Positions 1-13,090 of a stretch of DNA of 64,000 bases are shown piece after piece. The number at the start of each line of letters is the position of its first letter. Within the stretch, counting starts at the first letter, position 1. The notes beneath the pieces were generated by a model. The model was not told the origin of the DNA. It did not search any database and saw nothing but the letters and a program-made list of their open reading frames with translations. This DNA is from Octopus sinensis (Eukaryota): positions 83,018,001-83,082,000 of the forward strand of contig NC_043006.1 in the NCBI RefSeq assembly GCF_006345805.1, written 5' to 3'. Both the position numbers and the translations under genes were made by a program.

Positions 1-118
1 ACCGATAGAATAAGTAGCAGGTTTTAATAAAGAAATACTGGGTCGATTCATTCGACTAAAAACTTCAAAGCGATGCCCCAGCAGGACTGCAGTCTAATGA
101 CTGAAAGAAGTAAAAGAT
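1..118 (+). mobile_element. 3' end of SINE family B
   Basis: Diverged match to the tail of the full copy at 61228-61695 (accgatagaataagta...gtcgat...tgactgaaa...gtaaaaga). Confidence 0.7.
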
Positions 119-126
119 AAAATAAG

Positions 127-209
<83 letters not shown>

Positions 210-583
210 TTAAATAAATAGATAGATAGATAAAATGGTGGTCGTAGATGGAAGTCCTTCGATCAGAGTTCTGTTCCATTAAAATCTGTTCAAAAGCTAG
301 ACATTAGCAACAACGACAACAACGACAACAAAACCATGATTAGTAATCTAGAGTGGCATTCTGCTTATTATGATTTGTGTCCGATATTACGCTTTCGATA
401 TCCTTAACTGTAGAACAAACTAAAGACAAAAGCGATATCATCGACCTGATGATTCCTTCTGTTTGTCTATTTGTTAATCTTTTTTCCTTTTATGACATCA
501 TTATAGTTAATGAAATATTTTGAAGTATCATGTTTTAAACAACCTCGACTCTGGAAATAGAAGACATAATCGATATCTTAAAC

Positions 584-664
<81 letters not shown>

Positions 665-1580
665 TTAAGATAAACTTCCCTCTTGCATGATAACTTTATA
701 AAAAAAACATTACGAACAAACAAAAAATAAATCAATATCTTAAAGCTATTGATTTTATTTTCTATTTTGTTTTACAGTTAAGGTTATTTAAAGTGTAACC
801 CTGATCGCATACCGTTACAAGCAACATAATAATTAGTTGTTAATTAGTATTATGATGTTGTTGATGCTGTTATGTAGTCCCAGCTCAGTTCGAATTGAAC
901 AGATTTCACATCAAAGGAATTTTCTATCCGTGACCACCATCATCCCTTTTCCGGTGGGGGAGTCTGTTTTGTTTTATACTAATGGCAACATTGTCCAATG
1001 CATTTTGTCCTAAATATCAAAGTAGAAACCTGAAATTTCCATAGGTCCCGTTAATGTATACTGTGAAGTAATCAGCTCTATTGATTTTATTAGAAGGGAA
1101 AAAGGGATATTATGACATCCATTTTCTTCGTAAGAGTACAAATTTGATAAGAGAAATAACCACACCTCCAAAAGAAAATATGGCGTCACCGATTCGAATG
1201 AGCGGAAGTTTAACACTAGGCCACCGCGCTTAGCGATGCGATGACAATTCGATAATGACAGCTAAAGAGTATTCTGTTATATTCCATTACGCGTTTCGCT
1301 CATTGTTTTGTGGTCATGCTGGAGCACTGCCTTCTCGTGTATAATCAACTACAGTTGTCCAGCACGTTGTTATTGTTTTCTTGTTGTTTAGCCCCAGGTC
1401 AGTGTTGATCAAATATATTCCAGCTGTAACTATCACGTTTCTCTTTCGTTTTTCAGTGTGTGGGGTTGGACGGGGTGGTGGTATCTAGGCCTACATTATC
1501 TAATGTGTCCCCCTCTATTCTTTTCTGAAGTTAAAGTATGATATGAGGGTATTTGGCTATTTCTAATAGTATCCACATAT

Positions 1581-1966
1581 GTGGAAGCACTCCGTCGGTT
1601 ACGACGACGAGGGTTCCGGTTGATCCGAATAAACGGAACAGCCTGCTCGTGAAATTAACGTGTAAGTGGCTGAGCACTCCACAGACACGTGTACCCTTAA
1701 CGTAGTTCTCGGGGAGATTCAGCGTGACACAGAGAGTGACAAGGCCGGCCCTTTGAAATACAGGTACAACAGAAACAGGAAGTAAGAGTGAGAGAAAGTT
1801 GTGGTGAAAGAGTACAGCAGGGATCACCACCATCCCCTGCCGGAGCCTCGTGGAGCTTTAGGTGTTTTCGCTCAATAAACACTCACAACGCCCGGTCTGG
1901 GAATCGAAACCGCGATCCTATGACCGCGAGCCCGCTGCCATAACCACTGGGCCATTGCGCCTCCAC
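1581..1966 (-). mobile_element. tRNA-derived SINE family C, full length
   Basis: Head GGAGGCGCAATGGCCCAGTGG (A box)...GTTTCGATTCC (B box). 10-bp TSD ATCCACATAT (1571-1580, 1967-1976). Related copies near 25735-26097, 31445-31595 and 18750-19030. Confidence 0.85.
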
Positions 1967-2114
1967 ATCCACATATAGGTTTCCTCTTGGCGTGGCACGC
2001 ATTTTTTTATCAACTGGTCTTTTATCGATCTTTTTAGGAGAAAAGACAAATTGGACATACAGTATTAAAGACAAAAGGTCATATAAAAGACAAAATATCA
2101 ATCTTAATTTTTAC

Positions 2115-2124
2115 TTTATTTATT
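2115..2124 (-). promoter_or_regulatory. Candidate polyadenylation signals (two overlapping AATAAA) of the VWA gene
   Basis: AATAAATAAA about 75 nt downstream of the stop codon on the minus strand. Confidence 0.4.
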
Positions 2125-2197
2125 TTCTTCATCTTTCGATCTTTCCATAGAAAGTAGTACCGCCATTTTTGTTTCTTGTCTCAAAAAAGAAAACACT

Positions 2198-2754
2198 TTA
2201 ACATGCGGCTCGGAACAGTTCTGAGGTGATCTTCTTCAATGTGCTAAATTCATTAACCATGAAAACATGTTTGTTATCAGATGCGATGTTTTCAAGTTCT
2301 CCTCTATCCACAGACTGACCGACACCAATAGAAATAACAGTTGTATGTGGGAGTTTATGTATAAGAGCAGCTTCAGATTTGGTTGCTGTCTTGCTATCTG
2401 ACTGACCATCTGTAATGACTACTACAACGTGTTGAGCGTTCTTCCTTGAACCGTGTACTAAGCTGTTAGTGCGAACATATTTCAGCCCTTCTGCGGTTTT
2501 TGTGCTTCCTGATATTCTTTTAACAGTCCAGATGGCATTAATTAAAGATTTTTTGTCGTGATAGACGTTCATGTTAAATCGGTTGCGAACATTAGAAGCG
2601 AAAAGTACTAAACCGATTTGGGTTGTATTACTACCGATTATGGAGCTGTTTACAAATTTTCTGAGAAAACTGAGTTGAAGATCGAAATTTGCATTTGAGA
2701 TACTTCCGGAAGAGTCTAGGAGAAAAATAATGTCGGTAGGGGTCACTCCACAAA
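2198..2754 (-). CDS. Exon 5 (terminal) of a secreted triple-VWA protein: VWA domain 3
   Basis: Acceptor TTGCAG at 2760-2755, phase 1. Reads CGVTPTDIIFLLDSSGS...GSTKT...VVITDG...ISIGVG...AAC, stop TAA at 2198-2200. MIDAS DxSxS/T/D intact. Confidence 0.93.
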
Positions 2755-2763
2755 CTGCAAAGA

Positions 2764-2823
<60 letters not shown>

Positions 2824-2834
2824 CAACAACAGCA

Positions 2835-2918
2835 TGAAATTCCAACCCTGTTGTCTCTTGAGGTCTCTGGGTGAGACTTGGAGACAACTTGTACAAATAT
2901 AAAGCAAAAGTCAAACAT
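2835..2918 (+). mobile_element. Extreme 3'-UTR fragment of R4/Dong-type LINE family 1
   Basis: Matches 3870-3950 (ctgttgtctcttgaggtctctgggtgagacttggag...gtcaaacata), followed by (TAA)n. Confidence 0.75.
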
Positions 2919-2924
2919 ATAATA

Positions 2925-2974
<50 letters not shown>

Positions 2975-3026
2975 TAATAATAATAACCCCAGTGTCACTT
3001 TGATGGCATGAACTGCTCTCTCACTC

Positions 3027-3081
<55 letters not shown>

Positions 3082-3082
<1 letters not shown>

Positions 3083-3950
3083 GCCTCTGGCTTAAAATCT
3101 GAAACAGAGGGGTTTATCATAGCAGCTCAAGATCAATGCCTGCCAACAAGAAACTACCAGGCCAACATATTAAAGAACGGCAGTAGCCCAACATGTCGTG
3201 TATGCCGACAAGAAAACGAAACCATTGACCATGTTGTCTCCAAATGCAGTCTTCTAGCGCCTACAGAGTACCTCAGTAGGCATGCTAGAGCAGCACAATA
3301 TATTCACTGGGTAATTTGCAAAAACCTGGATTTGCCCCATGAAAAAAACTGGTGGGAACACAATCCACCTCCTGTGCTTGAAAATGACCACATCTCACTC
3401 CTCTGGAACTTCACCATTCAAACTGACAGGAAGATAGATGCAAATAGGCCAGACATCATATTGAAAGACTTCAAACAAAGAACATGCCTCCTCATTGATA
3501 TGACTGTCCCAATCGATATAAACGTATCTGTCAAGACCTACCAAAAACTGAGCAAATATAAAGATCTTGAAATAGAAATCAGCAAAATGTGGAAGCTGAA
3601 GACTAAAACAATACCTGTTGCCATAGGTGCCCTGGGAATGATAGCGAAAGGGACTGATTGCTACCTAACTCAGATACCAGGAGACCCCAAAATGGCAGAA
3701 ATTCAAAAGATAGTGCTCATGGGAACTGCTCATATCCTACGCAAAATACTCTCTATGTAATCCCAAGGTTTAAAACAAACTTTTTTTTATTTATTTATTA
3801 TTTTTTTATGTATTAGACATTCACTAGTACAACACCAAAAAAAAAAAAAACCAAATATATGGCACAGAACTTCTAACCTGTTGTCTCTTGAGGTCTCTGG
3901 GTGAGACTTGGAGCCAACTTGTACAGACATAAAGCAAGAGTCAAACATAG
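3082..3950 (+). mobile_element. 5'-truncated R4/Dong-type non-LTR retrotransposon, family 1 (CCHC + RLE endonuclease + 3' UTR)
   Basis: GLKSETEGFIIAAQDQ, CRVC...HVVSKC zinc knuckle, RPDIILKD...LIDMTVP...KLSKYKDL RLE motif, stop at 3760. Flanked by (TAA)n on both sides. Confidence 0.88.
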
Positions 3951-4016
3951 AATAATAATAATAATGATGATGATGATGATGATGATGATAATAATAATAA
4001 TAATAATAATAATAAG

Positions 4017-5299
4017 TTACAGCTACAATATCCTTAACTGGACACGAAATGAACTGTCCAAAATAGATAGGAAAACAAGAAAAATACTGACAGGATCTAG
4101 GATGCATCACCCAAAATCTGACATAGAAAGACTATATATACAACGTATAGAAGGTGGTAGAGACCTTATACAGCTGGAAAACTACTATAAAATAACCACC
4201 ATAGGACTGCAAAAATACCTACTTCAGAAGGAAGGAAAACTGATCCAGATAGCAGCAAAATACGAGCAAAACAAAAAACTGTTCTCAGTATTTAAGGAAG
4301 GTGACAAATACAAACAAGAAATCATACCACCTAATAAACACAAAGAAGAAGAAGAAGATGATGAAGAAACAACAAAAGCTATAAAACAAATGAAATCCAA
4401 ACTAAAAATAGAACAGCAACGAGCCATGATAAAACGATGGCAAGAAAAGCCCCTTCATGGTAAATACTGCACTAAACTAAACGCAAAAGAAATAGACAAA
4501 GAAAAATCCCAGCAATGGTTGAGAAGCTCAGGACTCAAAGCAGTGACAGAGGGATTTTTAATTGCAACACAAGACCAAAGCCTCCCCACCAGAAATTACC
4601 AAAAACATGTAAGGAAAAGAAATATTACAAGTAACTGCAGAATATGTGGAGATGGACAAGAAACAATAAATCATATTATCTCTAGCTGCCCAGTCCTGGC
4701 TAAGAAGGAATATATTCACAGACATGACAGAGTTGGAACCTACATACATTGGAAGCTATGCCAACATTATGGAATAACAACAGAAAAAAGATGGTATAGG
4801 CACACACCAGAAAAGGTCACAGAAAACGAGAAAGCAACCATACTCTGGGATATGCCGATACACACAGATAGAGAAATTAAGGCCAACAGACCAGATATAG
4901 TTGTCAGAGATCATGAAGAAAAAAAATGCTTTCTAATTGATGTATCAATACCGGCAGATGATAACGTGTCTCTAAAAGAAATGGAGAAACTCTCAAAATA
5001 CAAAGACCTGGAAATAGAGGTAACTAGAATGTGGAACCTGAAAACAGAAACAATTCCTATCATAGTAGGTGCATTAGGCATGATAAAAAAATATTCAGAC
5101 AAATACATAACAAAAACACCAGGACTTACAAACACATATAACATACAGAAAATTGCACTACAAGGCACTGCACACATCCTACGCAAAACACTTTCCATAC
5201 AATAACCATCAGAGCATCACAACAAATCACAGCACATACCCAAGGCACACAGATCTGCGCTCGGTAGTGAAGTGAAAGCACGCTATAAAAATAAAACTA

Positions 5300-5302
<3 letters not shown>
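4017..5302 (+). mobile_element. 5'-truncated R4/Dong-type LINE, family 2
   Basis: Open frame KPLHGKY...CRICGDGQETINHIISSC...RPDIVVRD...LIDVSIP...KYKDLE to the stop at 5205. Short 3' UTR, then (TAA)n. The ORF-track N-terminus is microsatellite. Confidence 0.9.
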
Positions 5303-5398
<96 letters not shown>

Positions 5399-6400
5399 GA
5401 GGTAATCACATGGACAGTAGATGAACTAAACAGCTTAGATAGAAAGACAAGGAAATTGCTAACTAGACACTCCACCCAAAAAGTGACACAGACAGACTGT
5501 AAGTACCAAGAAAAAGAGGAGGGAGAGGAATTTTTGGATGCGAACACAGCATTAGAGCAGAATAAAACAACATAGCATGGTAAGTACAAAATGCCATAGG
5601 ACCGCTATTATTAGAAGTAAGGTCAGGGGCTTGTGTAGGATGAAAGATTGCAAAGATTAAGCACTGTACAAGAAATTGAAAACGAATGAAACTGAAAATT
5701 AGTAGGTAAAGAAAAGAATGCATGGCAAATTTCATAGGGATGTTGAAGATAAGACAAACAGAGAAAAAAGATGGCCATGGATGACTAAAAGTGATTTAAA
5801 ACCGGAAACGGAGGCTGTAATCTGTGCTGCCCAAGAGCAAGCACTAAGAACAAATTACGTAAAATACAGAATAGACAACACATCAGAAAGTGATAAGTGC
5901 AGAATTTGTGGACAAAATTGTGAAACCGTATGGCATATTACCAGCCAATGTACGCCACTAACCCAGTAGGAATATAAGAGACGCCACGACAATATAGCAA
6001 GACTTGTCCATTGGACACTTTGCAACAAGTATGGACTTGAGAGAGCAAAAAATTGGTACGACAAAAAACCGGAAATCGTTATCGAAAATGATAATGCAAA
6101 GATCCTGTGGGATTTTATGATTCAGTGTGACCATGAGATAGAGAATAGGAAGCCAGGCATAGTCTTAATTGAGAGAGAAAGCAAACTGTACTGGATCATG
6201 GATATAGTATGCCCAGCTGTGAACAAAGTATGAGATAAGGAAGGAAGAAAAGTCGATAGATTTGACAGGTTAGCTTGGGATGTTAAGCGGTTGTGGTCGA
6301 TGAAAAAGGTGGTAGTAGTACCAATAATTCTCGAAACACTGAGTAAAAATCTTGAGAAGTACATGTTTAAATTTGTTTGCCCCCAAAAGTCTAAGCTAAG
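5399..6400 (+). mobile_element. Degenerate R4/Dong-type LINE fragment, family 3
   Basis: ITWTVDELNSLDRKTRKLL, HGKFHR, LKPETEAVICAAQEQAL, CRICG...HITSQC, ILWDFMIQCD...RKPGIV. Multiple frameshifts and stops. Confidence 0.8.
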
Positions 6401-6646
6401 AGCATTAGATTTTTTGTAAGAAAGCAAGCGAATGTGTACGACAACATAGACGAAAGACGGAGAAAATGTTACACAATTATAAACACAAACAACAAGAAAA
6501 TAACAACAGGTGTCTTTCGACTAGTAAAGACGAATCAACTTGAGCTGTCCTGTATACAGTTAAAACCTTGTGGTATGTATGTCAAGGAATAAAATGGATA
6601 GATAAACGGATAAATGCACAGAAATTAAATTAGTAGTTTTAATTAC

Positions 6647-7228
6647 CTGGTGGTGGAGGTGTAGTGGCACAAATTGTATTCTTTAATTGAGCTTCTATGG
6701 TTCTCAAAGCTTCATAATCTTTCACCATGAAAACGTTCTTCTTTTTGTCAGAAGAAATCATCTCTAACTCCTTCCTGGCAATATGGGTTCCGACTCCAAT
6801 GGAAAATATCTTAATATGTGTCAAGTGGATAAGTTTGGATTCTCGTATTGTCTGGAACGCCTGATTGGAGTTTCCGTCGGTCAGAACCACCAAGATCTGT
6901 GTAGCGTTTGATCGCCCTCCATTTTTAGCACTAAATCCTTCTGTTCTAACGAAATGAAGCCCTTTGGCAGTCAAGGTCAAACCATGGTCATACTTCACAG
7001 CTTTGATTGCTTTTATCAAAGCATCTTTGTCGCTGTATTTGTTCAATGGAATTTGGTTCCTGACTTTTGTTGAGAACGTTATGACACCAACCTGAAGGCT
7101 ATGAGATCCGATGATTGAATCAGCCACAAACTGGCTGACGAAATTTAAAGCTTCTCTAAAATGGGCAATCTTCACGCTGCCAGAGCTATCTAGCAAGAAG
7201 AGGATGTCAGTTGGTTCAGCACCACATC
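6647..7228 (-). CDS. Exon 4: VWA domain 2 plus TTPPPP linker
   Basis: Acceptor TTTTAG (AG 7230-7229), donor GTAATT (6646), phase 1-1, 582 nt. CGAEPTDILFLLDSSGS...GLTLT...VLTDG...FSIGVG...ICA. Confidence 0.93.
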
Positions 7229-7444
7229 CTAAAATAAACAAAACAACAAAAATATCCAATTAAAAGATACGTTCAAATTTATCAAATTAAATTCGATTTT
7301 ACTGCCACATTTATTCCGCTCATTCCCCCACTCTTCACTCCCCTGGTTCGGTTGAACCTCATCAGACCCTGCACTAATCATTGGGTTTATTCATTTTCAC
7401 CCAGAAAGTTGGGCTTGTAGAATTTCGTCTCTGTTCCTGAACTG

Positions 7445-7680
7445 TGGAGGTGCATGGCCCGGTGCTTAGGGTGTTGCACTCATGATCACGAGATTATGCT
7501 GTCGATTCCTGTACAGGGCGGTGCGTTATGTTTTCGTGCAAAACACATCATGTCACATTGCTTCGGGTCACTCAGCTGAAAAATGTATTCCAGCAATAAT
7601 TGGGAAGTTAACCCTGCGATGGACCGGTGTTTCGTTCAAGCGGGGTGAGCGGGAATTGGAACCTCAGGGCCATTAAGTAA
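7445..7680 (+). mobile_element. Degenerate tRNA-derived SINE family D
   Basis: GGAGGTGCATGGCCCGGTG head. Similar to the minus-strand copy at 8453-8703. Confidence 0.6.
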
Positions 7681-8452
7681 AAGCAATAATCAATAAACAA
7701 TCACACATACATATCGATACATACTTACGTATATAGATACATACATACGTAGTACATACATACGTACGTAAGTACATACATACATACATACATACATACA
7801 TACATACATACATACATACATGCCTACAACCACACAAACATACATATCGATACATACGTATACAGATACATACATACATACATACGTACGTATATACATG
7901 CATACGTACGCACGTACGCACATACATATATACATACACACATACATGCATGTACGTACATACATACACACACATACATACATACATACATACATATATA
8001 CATACATACATACATACATACATACATACATACATACATACATACATACATACATACCTCATACATGCATACATACATACATACATACATACATACATAC
8101 TACATACATACATACATACATACATACATACATACATACATGCAGGCATACATATGAGTGGAACTGCCTCTGTTCATCAATTATTTATTGTCTTAATATA
8201 ACAAGCGATAAAACACGGAAAAGCATTTGTTGAGGTTTTGTCTTCCAATTGTGTCTACAAATCGTTAGTATTCTGTAATGCCTTCGCTCACTTCTTCTTC
8301 ATAGCTGAATGTTTACACACTTACACACACGCACACACACACGCATACACACACACACACTCACAAACAAAGAACCAAACAAACCAACACGTACACAAAA
8401 CTGGTATATAAATATATTCTGTGTATCTATATACATGTAATAATAAAATAAA

Positions 8453-8703
8453 TGCGCCCTTTTAAAGCCTAGCTAGGCTCATGGGCCCGGTGTCCCGGTT
8501 TCTATGGCGTATGTGTTCCCCAGCTGGATGGGACGGCAGTCCATCGCAGTGTTACTCATTTTTGCCAGCTGAGTGGACTGGAGCAACGTGAAATGAAGTG
8601 TTTTGCTCAAGAACACAACGCGTGCGTCGCCTGGTCCAGGAATCGAAACCACAACCTTACGATCATGAGTTCTTCACCTTAACCACTAAGCCACGCGCCT
8701 CCA
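8453..8703 (-). mobile_element. tRNA-derived SINE family D
   Basis: Head GGAGGCGCGTGGCTTAGTGGTTAAGG...GTTTCGATTCCTGG, core gttcttgagcaaaacacttcatttcacgttgctccagtccactcagc. Other relics near 28500-28645 and 62650-62860. Confidence 0.75.
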
Positions 8704-8986
8704 CATATATACATGTACACACACACATATAGCGAAAGGGGGAAGAGAAAGAGAATGAAAGTGGGGAAGGGAGAAAGAGAATTGTATTGATAATGACTTC
8801 GAAGTCGACTTTGCCTTTCATCCTTTCGGGGTCGATTAAATAAGTACCAGTTACGCACTGGGGTCGATGTAATCGACTTAATACCTATGTCTGTCCTTGT
8901 TCGTCCCCCCTGTGTTTAGCCCCTTGTGGGCAGTAAATAAATAGGTATGCACGCGTGCGAAAGTGTCAGTGAGTGTGCTGTGTGCA

Positions 8987-9215
8987 TACGAGGATGTGAT
9001 GGAAACTTCTTGGCTTTGGGTAAAAGAAAATACAAGAGGTTCGGGTAATTATGGTTTTATTCAAAATATTCCCCTCTTAGATTCACACACTTATCGCAGC
9101 GGTCCTTCAGTTTTTTTTACTAAGCTCTGTAAAAAGAACTCGGAAGTTTGGGTCTCCAACTAGATCTTTCGCGATACCTTTAATGTCAGGAAGTTTTTAG
9201 CAGCCCCTCGTACGT
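8987..9215 (-). mobile_element. mariner-like transposon 3' end with TIR
   Basis: TACGAGG...GAAA.TTCTTGGCTTTGGGTAAA end plus the transposase C-terminal region. Paralogous to 54288-54510, which ends ...GEYVE*. Confidence 0.55.
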
Positions 9216-9322
9216 ACATGAGTGTGTACATATATTAATTGAATGAGAAATGACTTCATCATTGCAAGTGAAATAAAGCCACCCTATATTTAACATAAAT
9301 ATCTCATAAAATACGAATACAA

Positions 9323-9355
<33 letters not shown>

Positions 9356-9369
9356 TATTATTATTATTA

Positions 9370-9406
<37 letters not shown>

Positions 9407-9419
9407 GTTATTATTATTT

Positions 9420-9803
9420 CAAATGTTTCCCAGAAGCTTGGGGGAGATGGGGATGAGTCGGTTACATCGACCCTAGTGTTCAAATGGTACTTATTTTATC
9501 GACCCCGAAAGAATCAGACGTTAAGTCGACCACGGCGGAATTTGAACTCAGAGCGTAGCGACGGGCGAAATACCTGTTTCTTTACTACCCACAAGGGGCT
9601 AAACACTGAGAGGACAAACAAGGACAGACAAACGGATTAAGTCGATTATATCGACCCCAGTGCGTAACTGGTACTTAATTTATCGATCCCGAAAGGTTGA
9701 AAAGCAAAGTCGACCTCGGCGGAATTTGAACTCACAATGTAACGGCAGACGAAATACCGCTAAGCATTTCGCCCGGCGTGCTAACGATTCTGCCGGCTCA
9801 CCG

Positions 9804-9806
<3 letters not shown>
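9420..9806 (-). mobile_element. SINE family A, nested pair
   Basis: Head GGCGGTGAGCCGGCAGAATCGTTAGC, B box GAGTTCAAATTCC, core GGTCGACTTTGCTTTTCA. A second partial copy resumes at GGTATTTCG. Confidence 0.85.
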
Positions 9807-9879
<73 letters not shown>

Positions 9880-9903
9880 TAACATATATGTATGACATCT
9901 TAC

Positions 9904-10246
9904 TGGGAGCAACAGTAGCGCAAGCCTTCTTCTTGACAATTCCTTCAATTGTCTTCAGGGCGTTGAAGTCGTTTACTTGGAAAATATTGCCTTGCACAGA
10001 AGCGATATTGTTGAGTTCATCATGATGAATTCCTCGTCCAACTCCAATGGCGAACACGTCGATACCAGTATTATGGATGCGGCTGGCAGCCAATTTAGTC
10101 GCTTGAACATTCGTCGAAGCACCGTCCGTTATAACGATGAGAACTTGTTTAGCATCTCTTCGAGCCCCATGTGAGATTTTGTTGATGTTGTTTCGAATAT
10201 AGTCAAGACCGAGGTTTGTCATTGTTATACCACCTCTCTGAGTAAC
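9904..10246 (-). CDS. Exon 3: C-terminal half of VWA domain 1
   Basis: Acceptor TATTAG (AG 10248-10247), phase 0. VTQRGGITMTNLGLDYIR...VITDG...FAIGVG...ACATVAP. Donor GTAAGA at 9903, phase 1. Confidence 0.9.
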
Positions 10247-10479
10247 CTAATACAATAAGAAAAACAAAATTAATAGTTAAGATCATAACAAAGTATTTAA
10301 ACGTTTCTTATATTGTAGTAGTACATCGTAAGTTACAATACGGTAGAGAGATGAGTCGGTCTGGTTACTAAGAAGGAGCGACGAGCAAATTTCATATCTG
10401 CGCATTTTCTGATTTTCATTCAAATCATGTGGTACTCATTTGTCGAGCTTTTCTGATATTGCGATCACATGCAAATGGT

Positions 10480-10956
10480 TCCAGGCAGTTTTCTAGCTAA
10501 GTTGAAGTTCTTTTGTCAATTATCGAGCGGTTTTATGTGGATCTTTCGCAATGACGGTCTGTAATTGACGGTCATCTGCGATAGATGTATGTCCACTATG
10601 CTCACGCGCTTCAAGGCTCCGGTCTCCACTGCGAAATCGTTTAAACGATTTTCGAGCTAACCACTCACTGGTCAATTCCTCGCCAAAAATTTCGTTGATA
10701 TCGCGAGCAATTTCAACTGTTGTTTTTGAAGTTGAATAACAAAATTGCTCGAATATCGCGCTTTGACAGTTCCATTTCAGATGTTTGTAACAATGGTGAA
10801 AAAATATTAATGTTAATTTATTGATGCGTTTGTGCAAGTCTATGTCTGTATTTATTATCAGTCAATTGCAAAAAAAATGTTTAAAAAATATTCAGAACAA
10901 AAATCGGGTACAAACTCTTCATGGTTCAAAACGTTGCTTACTTTTTACTCAACCTG

Positions 10957-10958
<2 letters not shown>
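10480..10958 (-). mobile_element. mariner transposase pseudogene, 5' part with TIR
   Basis: IARDINEIFGEELTSEWLARKSFKRFRSGDRSLEAREHSGHTS...DPHKTAR resembles the mariner N-terminal HTH. TIR-like ATCAGGTTGAGTAAAAAGTAAG abuts (TA)n near 10958. Confidence 0.75.
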
Positions 10959-11023
<65 letters not shown>

Positions 11024-11147
11024 TGTGTGTGTGTATGTATGTATATGTGTGTGTGTATGTATGTATGTATGTATATAGATAGATAGATAGATACATACAT
11101 ACATACATATACATACATATATATATGTACATACGTGCGTGTATATG

Positions 11148-11223
<76 letters not shown>

Positions 11224-11288
11224 CAGACAGAGACAGACAGAGACAGAGACAAACAGACAGACAGACAGACAGATACGTGCGAGTGTTC

Positions 11289-11347
<59 letters not shown>

Positions 11348-11602
11348 CGCGCGTGGAGACAATTATTAACCTGCTTTAGTAGCACTTCATGCAGGGGTGG
11401 TGGCTAGCGTAGTATTCCGAAATCAAAAGGATATCCCTAAGGCTTCGATTGTTACTAAAGGGAGCACTACGCAACTTGAAAGTAAAATCTATTTGTCGTA
11501 ATGTACGCCTTATTACAAAAGTAATAATTTAAATGAGGAAAGGAGAAATCAGATTGACATAACAGTTGTACCCCTAAACGAACGATATTTATTTATTCCA
11601 TA

Positions 11603-11908
11603 CAAGCAGTATCGCCCGGCGCTGCTCGGGTTTGTAAGGGAAATAACTATATAAGCATTTTTAGAGAGTTACTTCCCTTATATAACCCGAGAAAAAATCA
11701 TTAAAAATGCGGAAAAATGATGGTAATTTTTTTTTTAATCGTAGATTCATCGTAGACGCGCGCTAATGCCCAGAAGGGCTCGATATGAATGACGACTATA
11801 ACATACCCGCTTTTGGTTAAACTGTACCGTAAAATGTGGGAGTAGTTAGGAATCTAAATCGGAGGAGACAGAGTCTCACACACACAAATTCAATTTTATA
11901 TATAAAGA
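11603..11908 (-). mobile_element. Non-autonomous Helitron-like element
   Basis: 5' TCTTTATATATAAAA, subterminal hairpin CCCGAGCAGCGCCGGG, 3' CTTG (CTAG-like). Inserted between A and T, no TSD. Confidence 0.65.
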
Positions 11909-12442
11909 TATATAAATAATTGTAATGCCATTTTGACTTCTTTCCTCATTTAAATTGTTACTCTTTACTCAACGGGTCTCTGCTTGTTCTGCTTATTCCA
12001 TTTTTTCTTTGTGACAAAATTGATTAAGTAAAACACGTGGAGACACGTGGGATAAAGAGTAGCTGAAGAAGTCACAGCGTGTATGATGAAACAGCTTTGA
12101 CAAAGAAACTGAAATAATGACAATAAAGCTGATGTGAATGATAGTGTCGCAAACACATTCAAAGTGTACTGCGATTATACATACATACATACATACATAC
12201 ATGCGTATGTGCATGTGTGTGCGCGCGCGTGTGTGTGTGTGTGTGTGTGCCTGTGTGTGCATGTGTATGTATGTATAATGCACGTATATATACGTTTACT
12301 TTTTTGTTTTGCAAACTTCATAATGTAAAATAGTGTGTTGAAACAGATATTGTTATACTTAGGGATGCACATGATTTGTCAATTAAACACACGCAATATA
12401 GATTTGGTCTTCATTTCAGCTTTATTATCATTATTGTTATTA

Positions 12443-12503
<61 letters not shown>

Positions 12504-12528
12504 CATCATTATTATTATTATTATTATT

Positions 12529-12790
12529 GAGTGAGAGAGCAGCGCATGCCATCAAAGTGACACTGGGGTACAATATACGAAGCCGTCTGATAAGGGTACA
12601 CCAGGCACATGCATCACAACCATATGTGCGCGACATGGTGATCTCATATCAGATTAACAGCACATGACCTTGCAGGTGGGGCCCAGTTAGAATTTTCTTC
12701 AGGTAGAGTAGCCCATCCCGCTCAAAAGGTCCCTGAATAAGGGTTGTTTAAGGATGTTGAAAAAACCACCCATGTTTCCAGAGGTGTTTC
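12529..12790 (-). mobile_element. 5'-truncated copy of the ~555-bp TAA-associated non-coding retroposon
   Basis: Shares the 3' terminus CTGCTCTCTCACTC-(AAT)n with the full copies. Confidence 0.8.
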
Positions 12791-12812
12791 CATGTTTCCC
12801 ATGTTTCCAATA

Positions 12813-12869
<57 letters not shown>

Positions 12870-12920
12870 CATCATCATCATCATCATTATTATTATTATT
12901 ATTTATTATTATCATCATCA

Positions 12921-12975
<55 letters not shown>

Positions 12976-13013
12976 CGTCATCATCATCATCATTATTATT
13001 ATTATTATTATTA

Positions 13014-13078
<65 letters not shown>

Positions 13079-13090
13079 ATTATTATCATT

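Noticed and set aside
1895-1966. tRNA-like sequences at SINE heads
   Set aside because: They have A/B boxes but continue into SINE cores and lack a complete cloverleaf; not tRNA genes.
2755-3028. N-terminal part of the 276-aa ORF (MSERAVH...YYYY) preceding VWA3
   Set aside because: Intronic microsatellite and retroposon sequence read through the splice acceptor at 2755-2756.
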